Shown here: in pieces, positions 25,301-37,531 of the stretch
How the letters are laid out: every line of letters starts with the position of its first letter
How positions within the stretch are numbered: the stretch's first letter is position 1
NCBI RefSeq assembly: GCF_000143415.4
Contig: NW_003314265.1
Location: forward strand, 2,150,777 to 2,214,776
Source of the DNA: Selaginella moellendorffii
Taxonomy: Eukaryota; Plantae; Lycopodiophyta
Direction: 5' to 3'
DNA: 64,000 bases
Notes under the pieces: generated by a model
What the model was told of the DNA's origin: nothing
The model's database searches: none
The model's input: only the letters and a program-made list of their open reading frames with translations
Program-made: the position numbers and the translations under genes

Positions 25301-26090
25301 GGCTCTTCAGCAGCTGGCCCGCGAGCTGCACGAAAGAGAAATCTAATGATGTGAACTCTAGGAACCAGAGCTTGGACTTGGCATTGTTGTTTATGCAATC
25401 TTCCAGCAGGAAGATCTCCGCACGGCTGGGCACATGTGAAATTCCAAGGCCTTCTATTGATCCGCAGATTTGGCTGAGTAGCGCCTGATCATTTGGGATG
25501 TCGACCAGCGTAAGCTTCCGTAGACTTGTTCCTGCCTGGAAGAGGGTGGGCGTCAAGTATTTATCGTTATCCAGGGAGAGCTCCCAGATCTTGCAGGCTG
25601 GATCTTGCAGCAGCTTCTCCAGGTGGGGCGAGCAATCGCATCGTTTAAGCTCCAGACGTTCTAAATACTTTGGAAGTGTTGATCCTGCTAAAGCATCTAA
25701 ATCTACGTCACAAGAATCTAGAAGAATCGTCTTGAGCTTGATTGGCATCCCCTTGTGCTTGGAAGCAGCAATAGCTTCATCCAAGCTGCGAATCACCACC
25801 TCGTAAAATTTGTCTCCAAAAATGCCAAGGCTGCTGAGCTTGGACACAGCTGCTTCTAGAAACCCCCCCACTTTGTGGTAGCCCTCGCACCAGAGTCTTA
25901 CGTGCTCCAGAGTGTTGTCCTCCTGCAGCAGCAGCTCGAGCAAGCCTTTGAAAACTGAATGGATGGTTGCTGCTCTGTATCTCTGTTCCTTCAGCTCCCT
26001 CACACTCGACACCCCATGGCTCCCCATCTCAGAGGAAATGCTTCCCAAATCCTTGTAATCGTCTATCCGGGCCTGCTTTGGCTCCCCCAT
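22379..26090 (-). CDS. TORNADO1-like LRR-Roc-COR (Roco) protein, copy 2, apparently intact (~1215 aa; exons 26090-23762 and 23697-22379)
   Basis: RNI-like LRRs; Roc motifs GHTASGKT, STVGI and YDLGGQEVY; COR motifs LHDMGEAVYF, LIVPALL and WGRRLQ; TRN1-like C-terminus CPKLPHLT..LCEH. A 64-nt GT..AG intron keeps the frame (LPSG|VFAVIQ). The true start may lie upstream. Confidence 0.88.
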
Positions 26091-26862
26091 AACGTCCAAT
26101 GGAATACCTCAGCAATTACAACAAATGTCGTTGATGAATCAACATCTAAATGACAACTTGGAAGTGGCTAGCAAAGATGAGTCAGTGGCTTGGCATGCTG
26201 CTTGGTTTTAAACATGAAATCAGATGCCAACTCTAACCTACGGTGCACGTCGTACAAAGTGACATCAATCATGCCAAGTTTTTTTCTCTTTCTTTTGCAT
26301 TTGCTTTGTTTTTGTAAGCAATTAGCAAAGCACATGCGTTAGACAAGCTGTACAAGTTTTGTATGTCGTCCGATGCTTGAGCACAGGCCAGGTAGCTTTC
26401 GAAGAGAAGATTGCCAAGTAGCAGGTCGTTCTCTCACTCAGAGCGTCTCCCGAGTCTAGAATTTTACAATAACAACGATTTACTTACATGCGCTCAAATT
26501 CTCGATCTTGAATGGATTTTAGTCGGCAAAAATGCGCCTCCTGGAGAAAATGATTTAGGGGAAACAGAGTATGTCATTTAACTAGAAAACTAACAAGATC
26601 TTCCAAGAAAGAAGAAAAAGAATAAGAACAGGGATATCACATCCACGGCGTTGCATCGCCCATCTTGCCGGAAGAAAGAAAAAAAGAAAAGAAAAGAGGA
26701 TTAAAGCAAGATCCGGAGAGACAAACCTGATCATGCAATCGGATGAGTATGGAACCCCAGCACCGTGCAGCGGCACCGGATCCAGGCGCAGTCGCTTTGT
26801 TTGGATGGTTTCGAGCTCATCCACAGCAGGCTAGACAGCTTTTTGGTGCAGGGATTTGTTTA

Positions 26863-29800
26863 GGGTAATGGGCCCAGGGTTAATAAAATAATGTAAGAAT
26901 TCATTTATTTAAATATAATTTTTGTACGTAAAGGTATAATATAAAAGTTTATATGATTTACTGCTTATAAACTAATTTTTAGAAAAAGCTACTCACAAAA
27001 TCTTAAAAACCGCTCATTACTAAAAAGTCTAAATTTATCCTAAGTCTGTCCATTTATGGCCCAATATCCATCCGTTTATGGCCCAATTTTTTGTCCATTG
27101 ATGGCCCTACCATTCTAGATTTGTTGCCGCAAAGAGGAGCGAAAGCAGTGTGGGATAATAACATTTTCCAGGTAACTACAAGCAAGCCTAGAGATATTAA
27201 AGTGAAAACAAGCAAATTTGTTATTTTTGTTTTTGGTGTTTGCTTAGCATTAAAGATTCTAGGACTTCATTCTTTCTCTTTCTTTTTTTTTTCTCATTGC
27301 TTCCTTTTCTTTCTCCCTTTTTTTTTCAAGGCTTCCAATTTTTTCTTCTCCATCGCTTCAGTTTTTCTAGTTGCTGCTTCTTCCCTCTCTTTTTTTTTGA
27401 TGGCTGCTGCTTTTTTCTTTTTTATTGTTGCTTCTTCTCTTTCCTTTTTCCTTGTAGCCCTTTCAATTACTTCCAATTTTTTTTGCTTCTCATGTGCTTC
27501 TTTTGTAGTGGCAATTGCTCCAACAACACTAGTGAATTCTGGACTTGTTAAAACAGTTCTAGCACTAGCTTGCAACATTGGTCCAAGTCAAGGACAACTT
27601 TGCACCCCTAGAAATAATTTTGCATGCAGGTATGCCACCTTATTGTTTTTTGATTGCTATCCAAGCACATTCATGTGTTGCTCATGCTGCTCAACTCGAT
27701 GCTCTAGCGAAGCTCTTGGGAAACAAAGTTGTAAGTGAATGAGAATTGAGAAGTGCTTTTTACCTAGCTGCTCAAGTTGTCTAAGAAGTTTAGGATGCTC
27801 AAGCTGGTCACGATCATTACTTGCTTACTGCTCAGGCTACACTGGATGTTGTAGATGGACCTCAGCCTGCACTGGATCCTCATGCTATTCAGGCTACACT
27901 AGATCTTGCTGAAGTTCTAGTTCATCATTGAGGTGGCTGAGCTCCAAAGTGTTTTTGAAGTCTGTTTCAAAGCTGTCAAGAGATACTTCACGGAGTGTAC
28001 TTGGACCAAAGTGAGTGTCCATAGCATTCTTGTTTAACAGCCATAAACCACTTGCTCTAAAACCAGATTGGATGTTTGCAGGTGTCAAAGCCATAGACAT
28101 AGCTCTACTGGATAACTGTGTAAGATCTCGACGATTGACTTTGTGTCCTAGATGTCCAAGAGTGTGTTCATCCACACACTGCCTGAAGTAACACTTGTAT
28201 GGCCCAAAACATGCAATGTTTAACGGCTGCATGTGGTGAGAAGTATGTGTTAGAAGAAGAATCACATTCACACTTAACATTTTTGCTGTGTCAAGTGCAA
28301 CCTTTGTAATATGGGATCTGTGGCCATCAACAATGAGAGCATGGCAGTTTGTAGGCAAGCATCCACCAGGTACTAATTTCACAAAGTGTTCAAGCCACTG
28401 TGGCCACAAATTGTCTGTCATATAGGCTTTCTTGCTAATGGTGAAGGCAGTTCCAACTTCACAATCTGCGATCCAATTTTGCATCTTCTGCTCACCTTTG
28501 AAGATATAAAAGCCAGGTATTTGTCCACCTACTGCATTTATGGCCACTAGAACAGTCATGTGCTTTGTGTTGTTTGGGATGATTCAGTAATAGGATCTTG
28601 CACCTCGAGCAGGTAACACTTTGACACTTCCAAAACGATTAGCCTGAACGCCAGTTTCATCAGCATTCCAAATGTGATCTGCCTTATAGTTGTTTCCAGT
28701 GTAAGTTGCTTCGAAGTTTTTGTAGAATTATGCCACTACTTGATTCAAGGACTTTGCTCATTGCAACTCCAAGGCCTCAGCAACTTTGCTACTGATCTCT
28801 GGATGTCTTTTCATAAAACCTTTGCACCATTTTTGACTTGGTCCTCCTTCTATCTAGGTAGTTACTCTGCCAGCAACTAACAGCTTTGCTGCATCTTTCA
28901 GTTGATTGAAAGTGAGTGGATAACCTATTTCAGCTCAAACTTTCACCAGAGATGGAAGAGACTCTTCTTCCGATGATGTAAGAATGGTGGGAGGACCTGG
29001 TCATCCTGTGCTATGTCCCCTTAACTGATCTCGCAAAGTCGTCCGATGTATGTTGAATTCTTGAGCAGCTTTTCTTTCAGACATGCCACACTCTTCCACC
29101 TCATGCATAGCCTTCTTTTTTGATTCTTCATTCCATGTTCTAGTTGCATGCTTATGGCTATGTGCTATGGCTGGAGGCTGACTTACAAGACATGGATAAA
29201 TAGTAGAGAAGTCAGACATTTCTTTTTCTTTTAACCTGACAATCTTTACCTTTGCAGTGCCAAGACATTGGCTTTCAGGTACACTTTCAGGGATAGGAGC
29301 TGCCAAACTTCTTTGCACCACAGGCTGGAAGCAAGTCTAGTTAAAAATCTAAAATGGAAACAGATAGTTACCTCTTGTTGCAAGGACAGCCCAGAATGGG
29401 ATAGCCTCTGGGAGCTGTGAGTGTTTGCGCACGAGCTCTTGAAAGTTGTGTTCTTTTGCCGTATAATATGTTGGTTTCTTGTTATAGCATTTTGACCAGG
29501 CAAGAAAATGGTGTGCGATGTGCTTCATGTATGCATATTGTGTTGGCTGAGCTTTGTAGTTGATTGAATAGTAAATCTTGTGATAGGATCTAAGAAATTA
29601 TTAAGAAATGAATGCTTTTCTTCTTCAAAAGAGTGGCATACCTTAAGATTTGATGTGTTCTTTCCAACTTTTTCACTTTTTTTGCCCACTCCTGAGATGA
29701 AATGCAGCTTGATGAATAGTTGAACTCAACAAATCCCTTATTCCTACAGTTTTATTAAGCTCTATTATAAACTCAGGAATATAGATGAAATAGAGCAATG

Positions 29801-30005
29801 AAATGCATTCCTTTTCTTCAAAATAATTAGATTTGTGATTGAAAAAAGTGATGAATGCTTGGATGACACTCAAATCCGTCATAACCTAGGATGCCATAAA
29901 ACCCGCCAAATAATTGCCACATAATTTTCTATTTATCACATCGACAAGGTTTGGGCCAAAGGTGGCCGGAATTAAGGACCCGGGCGAGAATTGGGCCTGT
30001 TACCC
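26863..30005 (-). mobile_element. pogo/Fot1-like (Tc1/mariner superfamily) DNA transposon, degenerate
   Basis: TIRs GGGTAATGGGCCCA / TGGGCCTGTTACCC and TA TSD. Empty site gtttagagt in block A at ~18762. Confidence 0.92.
27294..29200 (-). pseudogene. HTH-psq/CENP-B + DDE_1 transposase pseudogene
   Basis: TWNEESKKKAM..MSERKAAQEFNIHRTTLRD, IWNADETG, ALIVDGHRSH, HTSHHMQPLN and a K/E-rich tail. Several stops. Confidence 0.9.
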
Positions 30006-30789
30006 TAGAGTTTTTTTGCAGTACAGGGGATTGGCTTTCATGGCAGCGACTTGGGAGGTACATTTCTTGTTTGCTTGGATGGTTTATCCACAGCGGCCTA
30101 GACAGCTTTTTGGTGGAGGGATTTGTTTAGGGTTTTTTTGCGGTATGGGGGACTGGCTTTCATGGCAGCGACTTGGGAAGTACATTTCTTGGAAGCTTGC
30201 TTGGATTTGGATCTAACACGTCAATCTTATTGACTTGATTCTCTCGTGGTTTTCTTGCTTTTTTTTTTTTGGTTTAGAACATCCGTGACGAAGAAGAACG
30301 GGGATACGGAAAACAAAGAAGCAAAGAAAAGCGAGTATATTCGTTTCACGTGAAATTGGTACTATGCCGTAGGAGAAACGAAAAGATCTTTCTGGAAATT
30401 CTTTAGACCATATCCATTAAAGGGCTCTTTATGAGATTTGGAGGGGGTTTAGCGATGACGCTCTCTCGATAGGGTGAGCGATCGCGGCACAGGGAAGAGG
30501 TTCGCTCTTCCATTTTAACACGAACCCGATAGAAGAAAACGTTTTAAGTGCCTTCAAATCCTCGTCGTCGAAATCATCGAGTGGTACTAAGAAACGAAAT
30601 GATCTTTCTGAAATTCTTTAAACCATATCCATTAAAGGGCTTTTTTTTATATTGCTCGAGGTTTCTAGGGTTTAGCGATGGAAGTACCTTCAAATCCTCG
30701 TCGTCGATAGACGAGAACTTTCTTTCCTCCTTTCATAAAGAATCAAGAAACATAAAATGCAATAGTGAATAGACCAACAAAGGGTAATA

Positions 30790-31452
30790 GAGCGAATGGC
30801 GCTCGCCGGTGAGCTCCAAATGCGCTAGCTCTCATGCTCCCGCCCGAGCGAGCTAATGGACTCAGGGCCTACATTGCCACGGATTCCAGGGACTTAGAGG
30901 GCGACGATGGGGAAGTACTCTCCCATTGTTTGGGACCTTGACGACGGCAGGAAATCTGATGCAGCGCCGCCCTTGTCTATACTCCGAGGCGGCTGCTGCT
31001 GGAGAGGATGAAACACAGCCGATTGACACCGATGTGCTTTCCAGCGGTGGTGGTGACAAGACAATTCCGGGAGCCGAGATGAGGAGCAGCGGTATGAGCA
31101 GGAACTTTACGAGAAAGAGCTTGTGAAACTCAGCGATGACGATGGTAGTGCTCCAGACGAGCGCTTGGGGTCGGACTTGGACTATGACGATCGATCGCCA
31201 CCCCCACAGCTACGTAGTATTGATATGCTGCGAGGCTGCCGGAGCGTGGACGAGTTTGAGAGGCTTAACAAGATCGACGAGGGGACTTATGGAGTCCTCT
31301 ATCGTGCTCGGGACAAGAAGAGTGGAGAGATTGTGGCGCTCAAGAGAGTGAAGATGGTCCACGAGAGAGATGGATTCCCCATGACTTCTCGGAAATCAAC
31401 GTTCTTCTCTCGTTTCACCATCCATCGATCGTGGATGTCAAGGAAGTGGTGG
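30790..31452 (+). pseudogene. CDKG: CDKG-type kinase 5' fragment (block B)
   Basis: [27 protein letters not shown]; frameshift within PMTSLRE. Confidence 0.9.
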
Positions 31453-31512
31453 TCTCATGCCTTACAAAGAAATGACCAGTGCTCTTTCAATGCGTCAAGT
31501 ATCTGCACGACG

Positions 31513-32256
31513 ACTGATCAAGCTCTTTTATGGAACTTAATGACAAAGAAGGAGCTCGGATCACTATTACCGCAGGCGCTGGCGGAACCGATGTGCAGGT
31601 AACATCGTGTGCTGATATCTTTTTAGAAGCTTTGAGATTGTTTTACATACATTCCAGCACAGGGTGAGATGCTTCTAAGGATGTACCAGCGATGGGCTAC
31701 CAGGTCGGGGTTTAAGTCGACTGTGGTGGAGAGTTAGGAAGCTGGGATCAAATCGGCCACACTCGAGATCGACAGGGGAGAGAAAGGCACGCACAGGCTG
31801 GTACTGTGTGCGTGCCTTTCAACGCCAAAGCTTTACAACAGGTGAAGCAAACGTTAGTTTCTCGAAACTCTTGTCTCAACGTTTGCTTCTCTTCACAGAC
31901 GAGCTTTGCAGGAGTGGAAGTGATGCCTCTGCTGGAAGAGAACGAGATCGAGGTGGAGTAACCCGATGGCGACTATTGAGATTACAACGTGTAGATCTGG
32001 AGGCAAAGGCGGGAACGTAAACAAGGTCGAGACTGCTGTTCGTGTCACGCACATTCCAACCGGGATTGCTCTTCGCTGCTCAGGTACATGAAATGAAGTA
32101 ACCGCGCAGTGCTCTCTAAAAGTTTCTTCGTGTATCTAGAGGAAAGAAGCCAACTCCAAAACAAGATAAAAGCAATCGCGCTGCTCAAATCCAAGCTCCT
32201 GGTGATTCTCGAGGAGCAAAGGGCAACCGAGATCCAAGAGATTTGAGGGGACGTTT
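31513..32256 (+). pseudogene. prfB: Organellar RF2 fragment (block B)
   Basis: Same as block A plus ERSQLQNKIKAIALLKSKLLVILEEQRATEI. The GGQ region carries a deletion. Confidence 0.9.
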
Positions 32257-32329
32257 GGTATGGAGCTTCCTCGCTTTCATTTGCACTGATTGTTCTTTTC
32301 TGTTTGTTGATGGATTCTTTCTACCTAAT

Positions 32330-33757
32330 ACTCTTCAATATCTATGGTCCTAGTGTTGGCTGTGGAAGCACTGAACGACAGGACTTTAAGCTGAAGTTTT
32401 AGAAAGTGTTACAGGTATTGACAGATGCGTTGCTGTTTGTTGTAAAACTTTTTCTTCCTTCGCAGTGTAGGATTTTAAAACGAGGCAGGAGGATTATTAT
32501 CGTGGGGCACTTGAACATTTCTCCATATCCTATTGATTCATGTGACCCTGGTCCAAAATTTGATACCGATCCGTAAGTCACTCACTGATTCAAGCCGCTC
32601 TAGTAGTTTTTAACATGTTCATTTTAACAGGAGCCGTCAATGGTTTAGATCATTGCTGGTGAGCGAGGGTGGTGCGTTTTCAGACTCGTTTCGCGTGTTT
32701 CATCCTGAAATGTAACTCTTCACGGTTTTGGTCTGGCCAAATCATACCTGCTTATATGTATCTTGTCCAGAGCAGAGGCTTACACTTGCTGGTCTCAGGC
32801 ATCGGGTGCGGAGGAGTTTAACTATGGCAGTCGTATTGATCATGTTCTTATTGCTGGTCCCTGCGCTGGCCATTGTCAGTGTCCTGATGGATCGCATGAA
32901 AATAGTAGCTGTGACGGATTTGCAGAGTGTGGAACAGATATGTGTGACATTCTTCTCGAGTTTAAGCGTGCAAAGCTGGACACCCTTCCGAGGTACGCCA
33001 AAAAGACAGACTAGTTGTGGCCAGTGTTGATGTTTCTCCATGGCAGATGGAGTGGTGGGAGAAGCTTAAAACTGGATGGTTCAGATCACGCTCCTGCTAT
33101 TCTGCGCTTAAGCATTATCTTCCATTCCACCACATGAAGCTCCACAACTGGCTGCTCGATTTATGCCTGAGCTTTGCGCTCCTCAGGAAAGTATCAGTAA
33201 GTAACTTCTTAAAGCGAAGGACGTTTCTGACAACCGCTCGTGCTGACTGGTGCAGTTTCCATTTTCAGAAAGCTCAACGAGAGAACAACAGCTAACACCG
33301 AGCCTGATACAAGCCGAAATGTTTCCAAGCCTGGTTTTACACAGGAAACGGGCAGCAGGAAACTACAGAGGCTGTCACAAAGCCGATTGACAGGGTTTTG
33401 CTATCAAAGCATGAATCTTCTGACAAAATGAGCTGCACAGAGGTTGCAGTGCATGGGCAGAGCTCCAGCCTTACGGATGAAATCCAGCAATCAGCTGAAT
33501 CGTGCGACAATAACAACTGCTCAGAGGTTGCACCTTGCGGGGAGAGTGCCATTCTGATGGATATGTCAGATGAAACACCGACGGAAAGCTCTCAGCAAAG
33601 CTTGGAAAAATTGGCAGCAGGCTGGGAACGACTGAAGAGCTTGATGTCGCGAAATCTTCTATCGTGCAAGGGACATGGTGAGACTTGTGTCGTGAGAACA
33701 GTTAAGAAGGCTGGTCCCAATCTTGGCCGTGGTTTCTACGTCTGTACTCGAGCAAAG
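32330..33757 (+). pseudogene. APE2: AP endonuclease 2 3' portion (block B)
   Basis: FNIYGP, GSRIDHVL, GSDHAP, PIP-like QSRLTGF and GRF zinc finger CKGHGETCVVRTVKKAGPNLGRGFYVC. Confidence 0.9.
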
Positions 33758-33809
33758 GTGATCTTCCTTGAAAGATTCTTCATATTTTATTCGTTGTTTC
33801 CAACAGGGC

Positions 33810-34055
33810 CCAGCTTCCACTCACAAGCTCGGGATCTGAGACTTGGAACGCCTTGGTAATTACATCGTCGCTCACGTCCGGCCTGGAAGCAAAGACCGCC
33901 TTTGCAACCTCGAAGTCCCCGGATTCTGGCTGTTAAACGTGGCGATCCCCACAGCTTCCTCCTTCCCAACGTTGAGCTGGAAGTGGACGACCCGAGGAAA
34001 CATGACCCGACACGAACATGTTCCCGGCCTGGATCACCCCTCCGTACGCATAAGG
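33810..34055 (-). pseudogene. Germin-like (cupin) C-terminal fragment
   Basis: Manual frames give VIQAGNMFV, FPRVVHFQLNVGKEEAVGIATFNSQNPGT and AKAVFASRPDVSDDVITKAFQV, with frameshifts. Confidence 0.8.
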
Positions 34056-34490
34056 GTCCTCTTCTGATCCTGGAGCACAGGCCAGGAGGCTGGAGGAGAA
34101 GAATGGCCATTCAGCAGCTCACTGAGAAATCTCTTTCCCTAGTCTAGAATTTTCAATGAGAATTTTTTACTTGCATGCTACGCTCATGCGTGCACAGGGA
34201 GTAACTAAGGAACAGCTGAATCGTAGGACTCCTGCGTTGCACCGTTTCTTTGTGGAAACTTTGAAGTGTCCGATGGTGTGGAGAGAGGTCTTAAGGTTTG
34301 ATCTCTAAGTTCCCTAATTATATGAGCTCTGGACATACAATATATGAACTACACCTTGTGGATAAGCATATCGTCCCAAACATTCTGCCAAGAACTTAGC
34401 TGCTTTCTTTTGTTTTTTTTCTTTGAATAAAAATTCCTTCACTTCACTGCTTCTGAATTTTAGTAGTTTTACTAAGCCTGTGCCCTTCTT

Positions 34491-36222
34491 CTACAATAAT
34501 AGTGATCTTCACAGACCCAGCCACTTGGACTTTTGACGAGATCAAAGCACTTCTTCATCGGTCCTTGCCATATCGTTGAGGTGAATTCTTTTTCACATAC
34601 TCAAACAACTCCACAATGTCATCTTTTGATGCTGGTTGCAACCTGTTATTGAGATCGCCTTTAAAGCAGGAGTCAATTGTAGCCTTCAAGCCATTTGCAC
34701 CAAGCTCAATCAAGGTGCCGACCAGCTCCCCTCCCACAGGCAATGCCACTTTACCGAGCTTTGCAAGGGTGAAACACATTGTGATGCCTGGGACGAAGAT
34801 GTTGCTATACTTTTTGAACCATTGATTTGGGATAGTGATTGGTACTCCTGGGTACTTCTTCAAATCAACTAGGTGACAGCCGCTTGGATGCTCACATAAG
34901 TAGCTAATATTTGCTCGTTTCCCAATCAGTGGTGAATATTTAACAACAGATTTGACTCCATTGTAAGGTGAGGGAGTTTCGGACACTCCAGCTTAATGGA
35001 TTCCAACAGTGATGAGCAGCTCTTGATCAATGCGTTTTCTGTGTCGTTCAGAGCTTTTGTAAAGATTCTTTGATATCTGTTATGGAGACCTTAAAGTCCT
35101 CCATATATATCTGAATCCCCTGCATTTGATGCTTCTGTAATTGGTAGCAAAAGCTGGCAAGGTTGCCCATGTCATCACTTTCAAACTTTGGGATCTCAAC
35201 CTGCACAAGCTGGCTTTGATACACTGGCACTATGTGCTGGTTGTATTCTGTGACAACCTCTTCAACAGCACGCTTACGTGGCTGAATAATCTCGTTGACT
35301 TCACTTGGCATCAAGAGTTCCAAGACACTTGTGGAGTCACCAAAACCCAGGTAAAGTGATAATCAAAGCCATCCCTAGCTACCATCTGTTTAACCTCTTG
35401 CAGTACCCAACAGCCCTTGCTGTTTTCATCGCATGACCTGCTTTCCCAAATTGTCTTACCTTCACTGGATTCAGAACATGCTCTTCAAGCTTGATGAAAG
35501 GACAGGCCCTGTTAGTTTCCTTGACTACACAATCCCGTATCTCCTTCATGAACTGCTCCCCTTTGAGTCCCCTCTTTTCCTCCTTGGGCACCATCAACAT
35601 AATATCCACCCATTGCCGATCTGTCCAATGCTTATAATCCCCACCAATAGTCACCAGAACTTGAATGAGATCCTCTTGAAAGGAAACCCAACCAGCACCA
35701 ATTTTACTTCCATGGCCCCATCTGTCACACATCTCCTTCACCTTGGCTTGAATAACTGCAAATACTCCTGCTTTCAACCAACGAACACACAGACATCAAT
35801 GTTTAATCTCAGCAGTCAAGAGCATAATTACCTGATGGGAGAAGAACGAAGCCCTTCATAGTGTCGTCTGCTTGCAATCTCCGACCCCAACAATCATATG
35901 TTTGCTCGCTTTCAATCCATCCAATGAACTCATCAAGCAATAATGCAGGCACAATGAGGTGTTCTGGCAGATTTGGTGGTTCTGACCACCTTATGTCCCA
36001 GCTCCTCATGCCATCAGGAATCAAACCCCCATCTCACAGAGCAGCTTGAGCAGGAGATGTTGCCCTCTGCAGTCTCTCCAAATGTTTTGAGCTCTTGTAC
36101 TGCTTTCGCAGTAGACCACTTGGGACTTCATCGTATCGTTTCTGTCTTGCTTAGGAATGAAAATTCCTAACACTGTATGGAGAAACCATGGCATGTCTAG
36201 AACTGCATTGTTGACAATCAAT
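34491..36222 (-). pseudogene. Roco copy 3, COR/C-terminal half, 5'-truncated
   Basis: Near-identical to 22379-24165 including the intron. Several small frameshifting indels. Confidence 0.92.
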
Positions 36223-37531
36223 AAAAACTTTCGGTATACACTCACAAACTTAGATCATCCCAATCCCACACGAGACGTTTCTTCGCGAAGATCCCACGAG
36301 AAGAACGTGCTTATCGCACATTGTTCTATGTCAGAAAAAAATCAATGCGTGATTGACAGAAAACTGTGCGCCGACCGTCAGGAGAAGCGGCACTCTCCCC
36401 GAGGAGGATTCCAGCTCCAGGGAGCGACAGGAAATGGAGATTGTGAAGCCCTCGCTTCCCTACGCCTCCTCCAGCGCTCCAAACCCACGTCAAGCCGGTT
36501 AGATTCTGGATGCCGCATTTCCTTTTGTTCGTTTGATCGTGTGATTGTTTGATTTTTATTTCCTCTGTGTGACAGAGTTGTGCGCGGCCGGAGCTTTCAA
36601 AGGCGTCACGGCTTCGTATTATCGTCTTTCCATTCATCCTCTCGTACACAATGCTCCATCTGGTCTCACTGATCATGTGAACCAAGCACTCTTAACCACG
36701 GCTTGTCTTGTGGATCATAGCGTATAGACTGTGGTGATGGATGATCCTTGCGTTTTCCGCCTAGGTCCTGGGACTTGGATGGCTAGCTATCTCTTTGTTG
36801 CGGCCAGCATCCTCGCGAAGCTCTTGACTCAATCGCCATCAGAAGTTTCCAAGAGGTAAACATGGCTTTGCATGAAAGTTTTCACTTGCATGTTTTCTAG
36901 CGGGATTTGTTTTGTCACGACCATAGAACACATCTTTCGCTGCCGAGGCAACCTGGTCTTTGCTCGTTCCTGCGCCTTTTACGAGTATTGGTAACATTTA
37001 CTTCCTCGACTTGGTTGATTGATGAGGATTCTTCTTCTTCGTTACCTTCTTCTAAGGAGGGAACATCCTTCAAGCAGTAAGACGCTTTGGGGAACATTTG
37101 TCACTTGGGACGACCACCACCGGTGACAAGCATTTCTCGAGTGAGTCACGTCATTCTTTTCTCTCGTTCGTAAGAATGGCATCTCAACAGTGATATCTTA
37201 TGGCAAAGGAAGAATCCAGAAGAAGCAAAAGCTTTTAACGAGCTCGCAGGGATTTGATAGGACTGCAAATCCAAGCCGACTAAACAACCTCATGCAGGAC
37301 AAGCATGGATGCGTTGTAGCGGGTTCCTTAGTCAGCTGGGAACTGCTTTTCCCATTCGTCTGACGATTTCATGCGAAAGAGCTTGTTTTTTGTTGTGAAA
37401 GTTTCATATAGACAAACGCGATCAAGCTCTTGTAAGACAGGACCAAGTTTACATCAGGACGTGAGCTACTTTTGCAGGACACCTATTCCCTTTCTTGAAA
37501 TAAAAAGAAATTACAGAAGATTGCTAATAAA

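Noticed and set aside
36240-37500. Short ORFs and splice-like sites after Roco copy 3
   Set aside because: No coherent gene model or family could be supported.
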